From: Candidatus Latescibacterota bacterium
GTDB taxonomy: Bacteria > Latescibacterota > UBA2968 > GCA-2709665
Assembly: GCA_965222075.1 (NCBI GenBank)
Contig: OZ244937.1
Span: forward strand, 5,056,001 to 5,120,000
Reading direction: 5' to 3'
Length of the DNA stretch: 64,000 bases
A program made the translations under genes and the position numbers. This document shows, piece by piece, positions 47,472-57,519 of this stretch (position 1 is the stretch's first letter; each line of letters opens with the position of its first letter). A model generated the notes under the pieces. That model was not told the origin of the DNA. It made no database searches and saw nothing but the letters and a program-made list of their open reading frames with translations.

Positions 47472-50400
47472 ATGAACAAGTTGAAGATAGGTTTGGGAGC
47501 TGTGCTTGCGCTGTGCGCTGTTCTGGCGATGGGCAGTGCAGCTACGGCAGGGACCACCGGGAAGGTGGTGGGTGTTGTGATGGACGAGAAGGGGCAGCCG
47601 CTGCCGGGGGCCAGCGTGGTGCTTGAAGGGACGCAGAGGGGGTCGACGACGGATGCGGACGGATCTTACGTTATTGTTTCGGTCGATCCGGGGGTCTACA
47701 GGGCGGCGGCCTCAATGGTGGGTTACCATCCGATCACACAGGATAAGGTGGCCGTGCGTGCGGATTTCACGACGACGTTGAATTTCACGCTTCGGGAGCA
47801 GGCGCTGGAGTTGGAGGAGATGGTGGTGACAGCAGAGCGTCCGCCGGTGGAGCCGGACAAGACGGAGAGCCGGTACCATGTGACCGCCCAGCAGATCCAG
47901 CAGACTCCGATTTTGCGGAATGTGACGGAGTTCATCACGCTGGAGGCCGGAATGGCCTCGGACGGTACGATGGCCAGCCGGGGCTGGCTGCAGACCCACA
48001 ACACGGTTTACGTGGACGGCATCCAGGTTCAAGCCAGGGACGGGAGGGGGATCGGCGGTGGCTGGGCCCTCGCCGGAGAGAGCCAGTGGTGGGGGGTCAA
48101 CGTAAAGGCGGTGCAGGAGATCTCGGTGATTACGGGCGGGGCGAACGCCGAGTACGGGAACTCGAATGCGGCGGTGATCCAACTGGTGACCCGGGATGGC
48201 GGGGCCGCCTACCACGGGGAGGTGGAGTACCGGCTGACGCCTGCGGGGAAGAAGCACTGGGGTGTGGATGTCTACGAGGCGCCCGAGCTGCGCGGGAACG
48301 CGAAATGGGACGACCCGGAGTGGGTGTCCGAGGTGGACCCTGTGACGGGGAACCTGGTGCACCAGCGGAGCAACTACACGGACGTGCGGGGTCATTACTT
48401 CGACGGTGTTTTGAGCGGTCCGCTGCTTTCAGATGCGTCCTTCTTCGTCAGCGCCCGGCACCTGCGGGACGCCGCAATACTCCCTGGACCCTGGGAGACG
48501 CGGCCTCCCAATTTCCGGTCCACGGCGAAGCTGACCGTGCCGGCGGGTCAGAATGTGAAGCTGCGGTTCGGGTGGATCTACGACTGGTCGAAGGATTTCA
48601 ACAACGGAAGAATGTCCAGGTACAGCTTTGGACAGATCATCAGGGGCACCGGACGGGACCTCTTTATTCCGGCAGAGTCGGTTGCGGGAGATGAAACCCG
48701 GCTGGACAACATGGTTTACAGCGTCTTCACCCATACCATCAATCCGAAGACGTTTTACGAGGTGAGGTTGGGGTATTACCAGAGCAAGCTCGACACCAGC
48801 AACGTGGGGACCGTTTCCACAGCGGTCAGGACCGGCAAGGAGGGATATTTCTACATCGGCCGGGAGGACGTGTGGGCCTTCAAGACCGGTGAACAGAAGC
48901 GGTTCACTGTGAAGGCCGACCTCTCCAGCCAGGTGACCAAGGGGCACTTTGCCAAGACCGGGTTCGAGTTCGTCAGGTTCGAAAACTGGTGGACCTGGAC
49001 CGGGATGACGCCCGGGGACGCGAAGCGGGATATCCGGTACATCGGCCAGCCCGAACCGGGCACCCCGGTGACGCCCAAGCAGATCGCCCTCTACGTCCAG
49101 GACAAGATGGAGTTCGAGGGGTTGATCGTGAATGCCGGGATCCGCTACGACCGGATGTGGGGACAGGAGATGCAACTCCTCCCCTCGTTCACGTCGGGCT
49201 GGTACAATCAGATGAACCGGTTCATCCAGGCGCCCACGGCTCCGATGCGTGTGATCTCCGGATGGGGCCCCAAGCTGGGGATCTCGCACCCGATCACGGA
49301 AAATTCCAGCCTGCATTTCTCTTATGGCAGGTACCGGATGCTTCCGTCGTTCCGGAGGATGTTCACCAGCCATTGGGAGACGGCCTCGGGTCCTGAGGGC
49401 ATTCCTGGCGTGCAATGGAGCCATTTCAATGCCAAGGACGAAAGCTACTCGATGAACGCCGTCAGCAAGGTCTATGACAAAGGGCACGAGGAAAACAGTT
49501 TTGAAGTGGGCGCCGACTGGAACTTTGTGGCCGACTATGTGGTTTCTCTGGCTGCCTTCTACAACAGCGGCAATTTCCAGCCTGGAACGGGGTGGCACGA
49601 TGCCGTTGATCCGGTGACCGGGAGGACCGGCGGGATAGGCGGCACGTACGCGGCCAATCGGGTCGAGGACAGCAGGGGCTTCGAGTTCAGCCTGAGGAAG
49701 AGCTTCAGCAACTACTTCTCGTTCCGCGCAGCATTGAACATCGAGTGGCTGGACGCCGCCCACTGGCTGGGTGATTTCAAGTCCCAGTCGTTCATTCTTG
49801 TCTATCCCGATTCCAACTTCATCGCCAGCGGAAGGTACCACTATCAGTGGGAGGTGGCAGGCGGCAAGGAGGTGCCTGTGCCCCTGACGGACGCGGAGAT
49901 CCGGGAGATCGGCGCCAAGGCCAACGATAATCTGCGGAGGGTCAGGGCCGACCCGAATGCCTTCAACGCCAGAGGCGGCGAAGCAGAGATCCTGCCGGCG
50001 TGGGAGGCCCCGGGGTTGCCGGATGGGGCGGCGGATTATCTGCAGGACATCTGGTATCAGCATATGTGGATCGGCGTCAGCCCCTTCACGCGGGGGCGGA
50101 GCGGCCAGGGCAGTATGCAGGTGTTCGCTTCCACGCCGCAGGACTTCGGGCCGGGCGCCATGTTCGGCGGAAGCAAGCTCCTTGGCGGCATCAACTTCAA
50201 CATGATCTACCGGATCTACACCGGGGGTAAATGGAACTACCTCAACGTTGAGGGAAAGTCGAAACCGGGGCGGGGGCCTCTGCACACGGAAACCGATCTG
50301 AACGTGCAGAAGCAGATCCGCTTCGGGGGCCTGAACGCCAACGTCTTCCTGGAGGTGTTCAACCTGTTCAACCAGGGGGACACGACAGCCCGGGGTTCGG

Positions 50401-50534
50401 ACTACATGTGGTGGGGGCTCGAGAGGCCCAGGCCCGACGACCCGACCTACCTGGAGTATGGGGACACCAGCGACCGCTCGCGTTTCATCGGCAGTCCCCG
50501 GACTACGCACATGGGGATCAGGTTGAGCTTCTGA
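47472..50534 (+). CDS. TonB-dependent receptor with N-terminal carboxypeptidase-regulatory-like domain
   Basis: GTTGKVVG..GQPLPGASV; VVTAERP; VITGG.NAEYG plug motif; YVQDKMEF; terminal GIRLSF. Confidence 0.92.
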   Translation: MNKLKIGLGAVLALCAVLAMGSAATAGTTGKVVGVVMDEKGQPLPGASVVLEGTQRGSTTDADGSYVIVSVDPGVYRAAASMVGYHPITQDKVAVRADFTTTLNFTLREQALELEEMVVTAERPPVEPDKTESRYHVTAQQIQQTPILRNVTEFITLEAGMASDGTMASRGWLQTHNTVYVDGIQVQARDGRGIGGGWALAGESQWWGVNVKAVQEISVITGGANAEYGNSNAAVIQLVTRDGGAAYHGEVEYRLTPAGKKHWGVDVYEAPELRGNAKWDDPEWVSEVDPVTGNLVHQRSNYTDVRGHYFDGVLSGPLLSDASFFVSARHLRDAAILPGPWETRPPNFRSTAKLTVPAGQNVKLRFGWIYDWSKDFNNGRMSRYSFGQIIRGTGRDLFIPAESVAGDETRLDNMVYSVFTHTINPKTFYEVRLGYYQSKLDTSNVGTVSTAVRTGKEGYFYIGREDVWAFKTGEQKRFTVKADLSSQVTKGHFAKTGFEFVRFENWWTWTGMTPGDAKRDIRYIGQPEPGTPVTPKQIALYVQDKMEFEGLIVNAGIRYDRMWGQEMQLLPSFTSGWYNQMNRFIQAPTAPMRVISGWGPKLGISHPITENSSLHFSYGRYRMLPSFRRMFTSHWETASGPEGIPGVQWSHFNAKDESYSMNAVSKVYDKGHEENSFEVGADWNFVADYVVSLAAFYNSGNFQPGTGWHDAVDPVTGRTGGIGGTYAANRVEDSRGFEFSLRKSFSNYFSFRAALNIEWLDAAHWLGDFKSQSFILVYPDSNFIASGRYHYQWEVAGGKEVPVPLTDAEIREIGAKANDNLRRVRADPNAFNARGGEAEILPAWEAPGLPDGAADYLQDIWYQHMWIGVSPFTRGRSGQGSMQVFASTPQDFGPGAMFGGSKLLGGINFNMIYRIYTGGKWNYLNVEGKSKPGRGPLHTETDLNVQKQIRFGGLNANVFLEVFNLFNQGDTTARGSDYMWWGLERPRPDDPTYLEYGDTSDRSRFIGSPRTTHMGIRLSF

Positions 50535-50574
50535 CTTCGGGCCTTAATCATCATTTTCGAGGAGGTTCAGGATC

Positions 50575-52791
50575 ATGAAAAGGATCACGATATGCGGGAC
50601 GATGTTCCTGCTCGTTGGACTGGTGTTATGGAGCTCGGCACCCGCGCAGGAACTCCGGCTTCAGTCCCGCGCGAAGGTGTGGGATGTCTACTGGAACCAG
50701 GGTGCTCAGGGTGTTCGGCAGGCCACGCCCATGAGTTGGTATCGCCCCACGGGCATGCAGTATCCCGGCAAGTTCTGGGTGCAGTATCCAAAGGAATTCA
50801 TCAACTACTGGGGGACGAGGGACTGGGGGGTCAGCGGGTGGCGGGTGTGGTACAACGAGCTGAACGGCACGATGCCGGGGTTCAACCAGTTTATCGCAAC
50901 TCTGGAGGGTGGAGAGTATCACGTCTCCGAGTCGAAGGCGAACCTGGAGTCGGAGGACGTGGTCGGCCTTGGCTACGATCCGTCCCAGGGGCCGGAGGCG
51001 AACATCGGCTATAGCAAGGTTTCTCCTCTGGGCCCCCCGATGGCCAACTGGTACCCTGGACAGGATCCACCGGGGCCCAATATCCCGGTGGAGATTCACA
51101 ACTACCGGTACAGCGAGTACATGGAGGCCGACAAGGACCATTTCCCCGAGAGCATCATCATCAGCCACTGGACCACCAAGAAAGGGATCGCCGTCACCAA
51201 GAAGGCCTACGCCTGGAGCTATCCGGACTACGACGACTTTGAGCTCCTTGAGTATACCTTCGAGAACACCGGGGACCTGCAGCTCAACGACACGTTTCTG
51301 ATCTTTTCGGTGCGCTTCTATATCTCCCAGGCCGGGCAGGCGCACTATGTTTCAGACTCCTACTATCGTTACACCGTACCGCTGGCCCTGGACGATTGGT
51401 ACAAGTACACAGAGGCCGCCAACTTCGACGGACCCGCGGAGGCGCAGGGCTTGAAGATGTGGTACGCCTTTGACGGGGACAACCCGGACATTGTCGGGAA
51501 CGACATCGGTAAGCCCTACAGCAAGGAGCGGGCCTACTCGTCCTGGCACAACTGCTGCCTCAAGTTCACGAAGGTGGAGGGGGAGCTCGGGGCCTTCCAG
51601 TGGGTCGCCGTCTCACCGCTCGCATATATGCCGGGCGCGGCGGACGATCCGTCGACCTTTACCTACGACACCGGTGGAGATGGGAGCTTTGTGGCGCCCA
51701 GGGTGGCGGACCAGCCCCAAACCGTGAAGTGGTGGGACTATCGGACCCGGACCGACTACAGCGAGCCGGGTTCGGAGAACAATAGCTCGCAGCAGATTTA
51801 CGAGGCGATGACGAGTCCTCCGGGCTTCATTCAGGACAATCCCACGACGGTAGACGGGCTCAACGCCTCGTTTTCCTACGGTCCCTACGACCTGGCGCCC
51901 GGAGACAAGGTAAGGATCGTCTACGCGCTGGTGGCGGCCGCGCCGGTGGAGGAAAACATCCAGGGCTGGGCAAACGCGGGAAACCAGGCGGATATGTTAA
52001 CCGACAAGGGGATGAACAACCTGCTCAAGCACTACACGGCGGCCAGCAACGCCTGGAAATGGGGCTTCGACCTGCCTGATCCCCCACCGGACGTGAAGAC
52101 GACCACGGGCGCCTCGGTCGACGGGTTCAACCAGATCACCTGGACGAACGACGGGGATGACGCCAGCGATCCGGACTATTCGGGTGCAGAGGCTCAGGAC
52201 ATTGCCGGCTACCGGGTCTACAGGTCTGAGTTCAAAGTTGACGACTGGAAGCTCGTGGCCGATGTCCCCAGGGGGGGCAGCTACTCCTACGAGGACCTCC
52301 AGTCCGTGGCCGGGTTCGAGTATTTCTACCGCGTGGCGGCCTACGACACGGGGCACGACGACTGGAACGGAACCGGCACCGCCATCCCCCCCCTGGAGGG
52401 AGGGCACAGCTCTCCGGAGCAGTGGGCGAACGGCGTGCTGACCGACATTCCTTTCGTGCCCGCCAACCCGGCGGCAGACGGGATGCAGCGGCAGATCAGG
52501 GTGGTACCCAACCCGTACAAGGTGGACGGCGCCCACAACTACCCCACGGCGGGGCTGATGCGGTTTCTGAACGTTCCGCACAAGGCCACGATCCGGATCT
52601 TCACGGTGGCGGGGGAACTGGTTTCCGTGGTCGAGCACGACGACCCGTCCAAAGGCGAGGCCACGTGGAACCAGACACCGCTGACGGGGTTGATGAGGAT
52701 GCCCGCAGGCATCTATTACTGGGTAGTGGAATCGAAGGTGGCCGGCAGCCAGGGGCAGACCCAGCGGGGCACCCTTATGCTGATCAAGTGA
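50575..52791 (+). CDS. Secreted surface protein with FN3-like domain and T9SS-like CTD (paralog of 2147)
   Basis: Signal peptide; shared blocks FPESIIISH, YPDYDDFE, YGPYDLAPGDK; CTD IRVVPNPY..PAGIYY..LMLIK. Confidence 0.8.
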   Translation: MKRITICGTMFLLVGLVLWSSAPAQELRLQSRAKVWDVYWNQGAQGVRQATPMSWYRPTGMQYPGKFWVQYPKEFINYWGTRDWGVSGWRVWYNELNGTMPGFNQFIATLEGGEYHVSESKANLESEDVVGLGYDPSQGPEANIGYSKVSPLGPPMANWYPGQDPPGPNIPVEIHNYRYSEYMEADKDHFPESIIISHWTTKKGIAVTKKAYAWSYPDYDDFELLEYTFENTGDLQLNDTFLIFSVRFYISQAGQAHYVSDSYYRYTVPLALDDWYKYTEAANFDGPAEAQGLKMWYAFDGDNPDIVGNDIGKPYSKERAYSSWHNCCLKFTKVEGELGAFQWVAVSPLAYMPGAADDPSTFTYDTGGDGSFVAPRVADQPQTVKWWDYRTRTDYSEPGSENNSSQQIYEAMTSPPGFIQDNPTTVDGLNASFSYGPYDLAPGDKVRIVYALVAAAPVEENIQGWANAGNQADMLTDKGMNNLLKHYTAASNAWKWGFDLPDPPPDVKTTTGASVDGFNQITWTNDGDDASDPDYSGAEAQDIAGYRVYRSEFKVDDWKLVADVPRGGSYSYEDLQSVAGFEYFYRVAAYDTGHDDWNGTGTAIPPLEGGHSSPEQWANGVLTDIPFVPANPAADGMQRQIRVVPNPYKVDGAHNYPTAGLMRFLNVPHKATIRIFTVAGELVSVVEHDDPSKGEATWNQTPLTGLMRMPAGIYYWVVESKVAGSQGQTQRGTLMLIK

Positions 52792-52837
52792 TTCGGGCGG
52801 CGACCTTCTAAGCCTTCGCCAAAAAGGAGATATCACG

Positions 52838-53791
52838 ATGATACGAAAGTTGTGGATCGGATTGATGGTGGCGGGGATCTGCGTCTTGCTCTACCCGCAA
52901 TTCGCAGGTGCCCAGAGCCAAAGCCGGGACGCACGGGTGGTCCTGTCCTTTCTGAAGATCGACCACGGGGCGCGGATGGTTGGGATGGGTGGGTCGTTCG
53001 TGGCCATCGCAGACGATATAGATGCCATCTTTTCCAACGTGGCCGGCTTGACGCATATCGAGCGGGCCGGGTTCTCGCTCGGCTACACGCGCTGGTTGTT
53101 CGGCGATGGGATCTATTCGGGCGGATTTGCCTACAACACACCGCACGGGGTCCTGGGGCTCAGTGTGGTGGGGTTCAAACCCGAGTCGTTCGAAGAGACG
53201 ACCATTTTCCAGCCCCAGGGCACAGGCCGGGAGCCCGATATGGGCGACATCTCCATCGGTCTGGCCTACGCCAGTAAACTGACCGACAGGCTATCGGTAG
53301 GGACGTTGCTCCGCTGGACGCAGGAGACCCTGGATACCGACAACCTGAGTGTGTTGGACTTTTCGGTGTCGACGCTGTTCTACACCGGTTTTAGGAGCCT
53401 GCGCCTGGGGATGGCCTTCGAGAACCTGGGGAAGGACCTGACGCTTGTCGAGAACCGCGCGAGCATGCCGGTCTCTTTCACCATCGGCGGAGCGATGGAG
53501 ATTTTGGGCGAAAAGGGCGACCAGACGTATCTGACGGTGACGGGCGAGAACTACTACGCCACAGATGCCGCCAAGGTGCAATATCGGATGGGTGGAGAGC
53601 TGTGGTTCCAGAAGACGCTCGCCCTGCGCGGTGGATACAAGGTCAACTTCGATGAAGAGACCTTCTCTGTCGGGGCAGGGTTTAAGTTCAACCTCGCAGA
53701 GGGACAGGAGCTTCGCGTGGATGTCTCGTATACCGATTTCGGCACGTACCTGGACGCTCCGATCCGGTTTACGGTGGGCGGGTCGTTTTAG
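52838..53791 (+). CDS. PorV/PorQ-family outer-membrane beta-barrel
   Basis: FLKIDHGARMVGMGG; ALRGGY; terminal Phe; paralog of 4423. Confidence 0.85.
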   Translation: MIRKLWIGLMVAGICVLLYPQFAGAQSQSRDARVVLSFLKIDHGARMVGMGGSFVAIADDIDAIFSNVAGLTHIERAGFSLGYTRWLFGDGIYSGGFAYNTPHGVLGLSVVGFKPESFEETTIFQPQGTGREPDMGDISIGLAYASKLTDRLSVGTLLRWTQETLDTDNLSVLDFSVSTLFYTGFRSLRLGMAFENLGKDLTLVENRASMPVSFTIGGAMEILGEKGDQTYLTVTGENYYATDAAKVQYRMGGELWFQKTLALRGGYKVNFDEETFSVGAGFKFNLAEGQELRVDVSYTDFGTYLDAPIRFTVGGSF

Positions 53792-53912
53792 ATCACGAAG
53801 GACACGAAGTCACATCCCGCAACCCTGTGGGGTGGGAGGGTCAGAGAAGGAGTACGGACGGAGGAGCACAGAGCTCTCCACACAGAAGGCTATGGAACCG
53901 CAGGTTTATATT

Positions 53913-53946
53913 GAAAGGCAGCCTGTAAAAAGGCTGCCTTTCTTTT
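53913..53946 (+). terminator. Intrinsic terminator
   Basis: GAAAGGCAGCCT-GTAAAA-AGGCTGCCTTTC 12-bp stem followed by TTTT. Confidence 0.8.
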
Positions 53947-54035
53947 GACCACCTCTCGGGCATCGGTGGAAGGAGATTCGGGATCAGGTGGACCGGGCAT
54001 GGAAACGGCATCTGCACAAGTGGAAGGTTTAAGGG

Positions 54036-56039
54036 GTGGAAGGTTCAGCACAGAGAGGCCAGAGAAACAGAGCTGAAGAGAGCCGCACACCAGAGGAGGC
54101 GGTTGCCGGAAGAGACGGTCTGACCCTTCGGGCGTTCCTGGTCGGGCTTTCCCTGTGCGCCACCTTAGGGATAGGGCTGACATACAACCGGATGGTGGTA
54201 CAGGGGCCCTTTATGGGGTCCTATTATATGGACCGGGGCGTGCTGTTTGTCTTTTTCTGCCTGGTGCTGGTGGTCAATCCCCTTCTGGCTTCGCTGAAGC
54301 GCCGCTACGCGCTGGGGCGGGGCGAACTTCTGGCCATCTATGTGATGGTTCTGTTTCTGATGCCCTCCTGGAAGATGACCAAGGCGCTGCTGGGGTTTAT
54401 GACCGGGGTGACCTACTATGCCTCGCCGGAGATGCGCCACTTAGAGGCGGTGCTGCCCAATGCCCTTCCCTGGCTGTCTGTTCTGGATACGGAGGCGGTG
54501 CGGGGGCTGTATGATGGACTGTCGAAGGGCGCTTCCGTGCCATGGCAGGCGTGGGTCGTTCCGCTGTGGAGCTGGGGGGCATTCCTGGTCGTGCTGTACC
54601 TGGTGCTGGTCTGTATGGCAGTCGTGATGCGGAAGCAGTGGGAGGAGCACGAGCGATTTGCGTTTCCGATTATGCAGGTGCCGCTGGAGATGAGCGCGGC
54701 GGGAGTGGGGAAAGTAGGGCCGCTGTTCAGGAACCGGATGATGTGGGGAGGGTTCGCGGTTCCGTTTACGATCGGTTTGTTGAATGGGCTTCACCGGTAT
54801 TACTACTCATTGCCTCAGATCAAATTGAGGACGACGATCTGGATCTTCCGCCGCGCGGTTCCGGTGCATATCGGTCTTCATTTTGCGATTCTGGGGTATT
54901 CGTATTTTGTGAATACGGACGTGAGTTTGAGCATCTGGCTGTTCAATGTGATTGCCAAGTGCATCAGTGGGACACTTGCGATTCTGGGGATGGAGACCTA
55001 TGGCGTATCCGGCGTGGTGGGACGTCACAGTTCTCAGGGGTCGGAATTCCTGGCGATGATGGGGATGGGGTATATGCTCGCTCTGGCGGGCTATAGCCTG
55101 TGGATTGCGCGGGGGCACCTTCGGGAGGTGTGGAACAGGGCACTGGGACGGCCGTCGCGGTTGGACGATTCGGATGAGGTGATCCCATACCGCACTGCGG
55201 TGGTGGGCCTCCTTGCGGGAACGCTGTATCTGGGATGCTGGCTCTACCAGGCGGGTATTTCTCCCCATCTGGTCCTGCTGCTGGGCTTTATCAGTTTCGT
55301 CGTATTCCTGGTTCTGGCCCGGATCGTGAGTGAGACGGGGTATTCGGTGACGTATTCGCCGCTGAATCCGTCGGAGTTTGTGGTGTGCGCGGTGGGTTCT
55401 ACGGCGTTCAGTCCGACGGGGCTGTCGACGCTCGGGTTCAGTTTTGCGTGGACGATGACGCGGCTGAATACGCTGATGCCCCGAGCGTCGGGAGCGCTGC
55501 GACTGGCGCGGGAGATTGGCCGGAAGCGGGGGCTGGTCCTGGCGATGGGCGCTGCGCTGGCCGTGGGTTTGATCGCTGCGAGCTATATGACGCTCAAGCT
55601 GGGGTATGCGCACGGCGGCCGAAATCTGGACTACTGGTTCCGGGACGTGAACGATTGCGCGTTGCCGTTCGACGAATATATCGGACGCCGGCTGCTGTCG
55701 CCGAGTCCGATTTTTTACAAGGGATTTCTGTATACCGGGCTGGGAGCAGGCGTCGTGGCGGTTCTGATGGCGCTTCGGACGCGGCTGCCGTGGTGGCCGC
55801 TGCACCCGGTGGCGCTGCCGGTGAGTACGATCGCGTATACGCATAGCTACTTTTTCAGCGTGTTTCTGGCCTGGGGGATCAAGGCACTGGTGCTGCGGTT
55901 TGGTGGGGCGAATCTGTACCGGGCGACGAGGACGTTCTTTACAGGCATCATTCTGGGGGAGGCGGTCTGTCTGGGGATGTGGATCGTCATTGACAGCTTA
56001 ACCGGCAAAGTGGGCGGGATCTGGATCCTGCAACCCTGA
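54036..56039 (+). CDS. OPT-like polytopic membrane protein (DUF6785/DUF6784-type putative transporter)
   Basis: Close paralog of 18518 (RDGLTLRA, QW.EHERFAFPIMQVPLEM, WPLHPVALP); start uncertain. Confidence 0.78.
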   Translation: MEGSAQRGQRNRAEESRTPEEAVAGRDGLTLRAFLVGLSLCATLGIGLTYNRMVVQGPFMGSYYMDRGVLFVFFCLVLVVNPLLASLKRRYALGRGELLAIYVMVLFLMPSWKMTKALLGFMTGVTYYASPEMRHLEAVLPNALPWLSVLDTEAVRGLYDGLSKGASVPWQAWVVPLWSWGAFLVVLYLVLVCMAVVMRKQWEEHERFAFPIMQVPLEMSAAGVGKVGPLFRNRMMWGGFAVPFTIGLLNGLHRYYYSLPQIKLRTTIWIFRRAVPVHIGLHFAILGYSYFVNTDVSLSIWLFNVIAKCISGTLAILGMETYGVSGVVGRHSSQGSEFLAMMGMGYMLALAGYSLWIARGHLREVWNRALGRPSRLDDSDEVIPYRTAVVGLLAGTLYLGCWLYQAGISPHLVLLLGFISFVVFLVLARIVSETGYSVTYSPLNPSEFVVCAVGSTAFSPTGLSTLGFSFAWTMTRLNTLMPRASGALRLAREIGRKRGLVLAMGAALAVGLIAASYMTLKLGYAHGGRNLDYWFRDVNDCALPFDEYIGRRLLSPSPIFYKGFLYTGLGAGVVAVLMALRTRLPWWPLHPVALPVSTIAYTHSYFFSVFLAWGIKALVLRFGGANLYRATRTFFTGIILGEAVCLGMWIVIDSLTGKVGGIWILQP

Positions 56040-56063
56040 CCGGTTCTGGAGAAGAGCGCCTCA

Positions 56064-56414
56064 ATGAGCATTGCTCTGGATACGACCCACCGTCAGCGGG
56101 TGCTTTTCGTGGATATGCAGGAGGTCGAGTCGCTCCACGGCGCCGAGCGGGTGGTCAACACGGCCACCAAATGCCCGCACAACCCCATCCTCGCGCTCGG
56201 CCAGATCGATGAATGGGACGCGATGCAGGCGAGGCCGTGGCCCGGTGGGGTGATGTACGACCCGGCGCACAGGCTGTTCAAGATGATCTACTCGGGCATC
56301 GGACACGTCCGCCGGCGGGACTGGCAGGAGGGTTACGCGGAGAGCGCCGACGGCGTCAACTGGATCAAGCCGCGAATCGGCCGGTACGAATGGCTGGGAA
56401 GTAGTGAAAGTTGA
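56064..56414 (+). pseudogene. N-terminal fragment of a beta-propeller glycosidase-like gene
   Basis: Homologous to the N-terminus of 13096; stops after YAESADGVNWIKP..GS. Confidence 0.6.
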
Positions 56415-56512
56415 GCGGATACAACTGCGTATCCGACTGTATGGCCGTGCGAAGCTCTACAGCTTCGCGTTTGTTTCTGTGTCATAGCCAGACTTCAGGG
56501 AGGAAAACAGCG

Positions 56513-57466
56513 ATGGCGGAAAATCTGAAAAAGACCGGATACGCTGCTCCGAACCCCGGATTCGGATTCTCAGATGTTCCCCAAACTGAACCGGAGTTTC
56601 CTTTTCCGGCGCTGACCCTGGAAGAGAGAATGCGGTTCGAGTTATTCGGCTACACGATTGTGGAGGATCTGTTTACCGAGCAGGAGCTTCAGTCGATTGA
56701 AGCCGCGGCGAACAGGACGAAGGAGGAGATCCTTTCGGCGGCCGGCTCTTGCACCCTCGATCCGCCTCCGGCCCCGAGAAAATACGATGATTTCAGGGAG
56801 GGGGCGATCTGGCGGGCGAATCGAAGAAGGACGGCTTCGGGCGACCTTCACCTCGAACGACTGGAGATTGAGAATGTTCTTGGACTTGACCCCATTTACC
56901 TGTCTGTGCTGACCAAACCGCGCGTGCTGGGGATTGCGACGGAACTGCTTGGGGGGACGTTCCGATTCTTCTCGGTTGGCGTTCGTTTCAACCGGCGTTC
57001 CGAAACACCCGTCCTGGGATGGCACGGAGGCGTGACCCGCCACAAGGACCGGGCGGTGTGCATGAACGGCTGGTTCCATACGCAGATTCTCGGGATCATT
57101 CTCTATCTCACGGACGTGGGTCCCGGTGACGGTGGTACCGGAATCTTTGCGGGAAGCCACAGACTTTCTCTGTCCTACGATGACCTGAAACAGTACATAA
57201 CGGATCATCCGGATTCCGAGTTCTTCCACCAGACGACCGCCAAACGGGGATCCGTACTGCTGTTTGCCGACGGGCCGCTCATGCACCGGACCATCAACAT
57301 TGAAACAGACAAAGAACGTCTCATCATGATCTCGCGGCTGGTCCATTCAGACTATGAATTCGGTAATACCAGGTCGGTTGGACGGACCGATCAGGTGCCG
57401 CACGATGTGATGCCGCTGTTTTACGGCCGCGCCTTTACACCCAGGTATCGACCGCAGGGGGAATAG
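56513..57466 (+). CDS. PhyH-fold Fe(II)/2OG enzyme with HXG motif (candidate halogenase)
   Basis: LYLTDVGPGDGGT..FAGSH; WHGG where HxD is expected; LMHRT distal His; start ATG 56513 after GGGAGG. Confidence 0.8.
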   Translation: MAENLKKTGYAAPNPGFGFSDVPQTEPEFPFPALTLEERMRFELFGYTIVEDLFTEQELQSIEAAANRTKEEILSAAGSCTLDPPPAPRKYDDFREGAIWRANRRRTASGDLHLERLEIENVLGLDPIYLSVLTKPRVLGIATELLGGTFRFFSVGVRFNRRSETPVLGWHGGVTRHKDRAVCMNGWFHTQILGIILYLTDVGPGDGGTGIFAGSHRLSLSYDDLKQYITDHPDSEFFHQTTAKRGSVLLFADGPLMHRTINIETDKERLIMISRLVHSDYEFGNTRSVGRTDQVPHDVMPLFYGRAFTPRYRPQGE

Positions 57467-57519
57467 GACGAGGGACGAGGGAGGGACGGCAGTAGCGACG
57501 ACGGACGGAGGAAGAAAAG

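Noticed and set aside
21350-50510. Long minus-strand ORFs (e.g. 21350-23428, 23865-25529, 31301-33508, 48429-50510)
   Set aside because: Antisense shadows of high-GC genes; no recognisable motifs and they fully overlap credible + genes.
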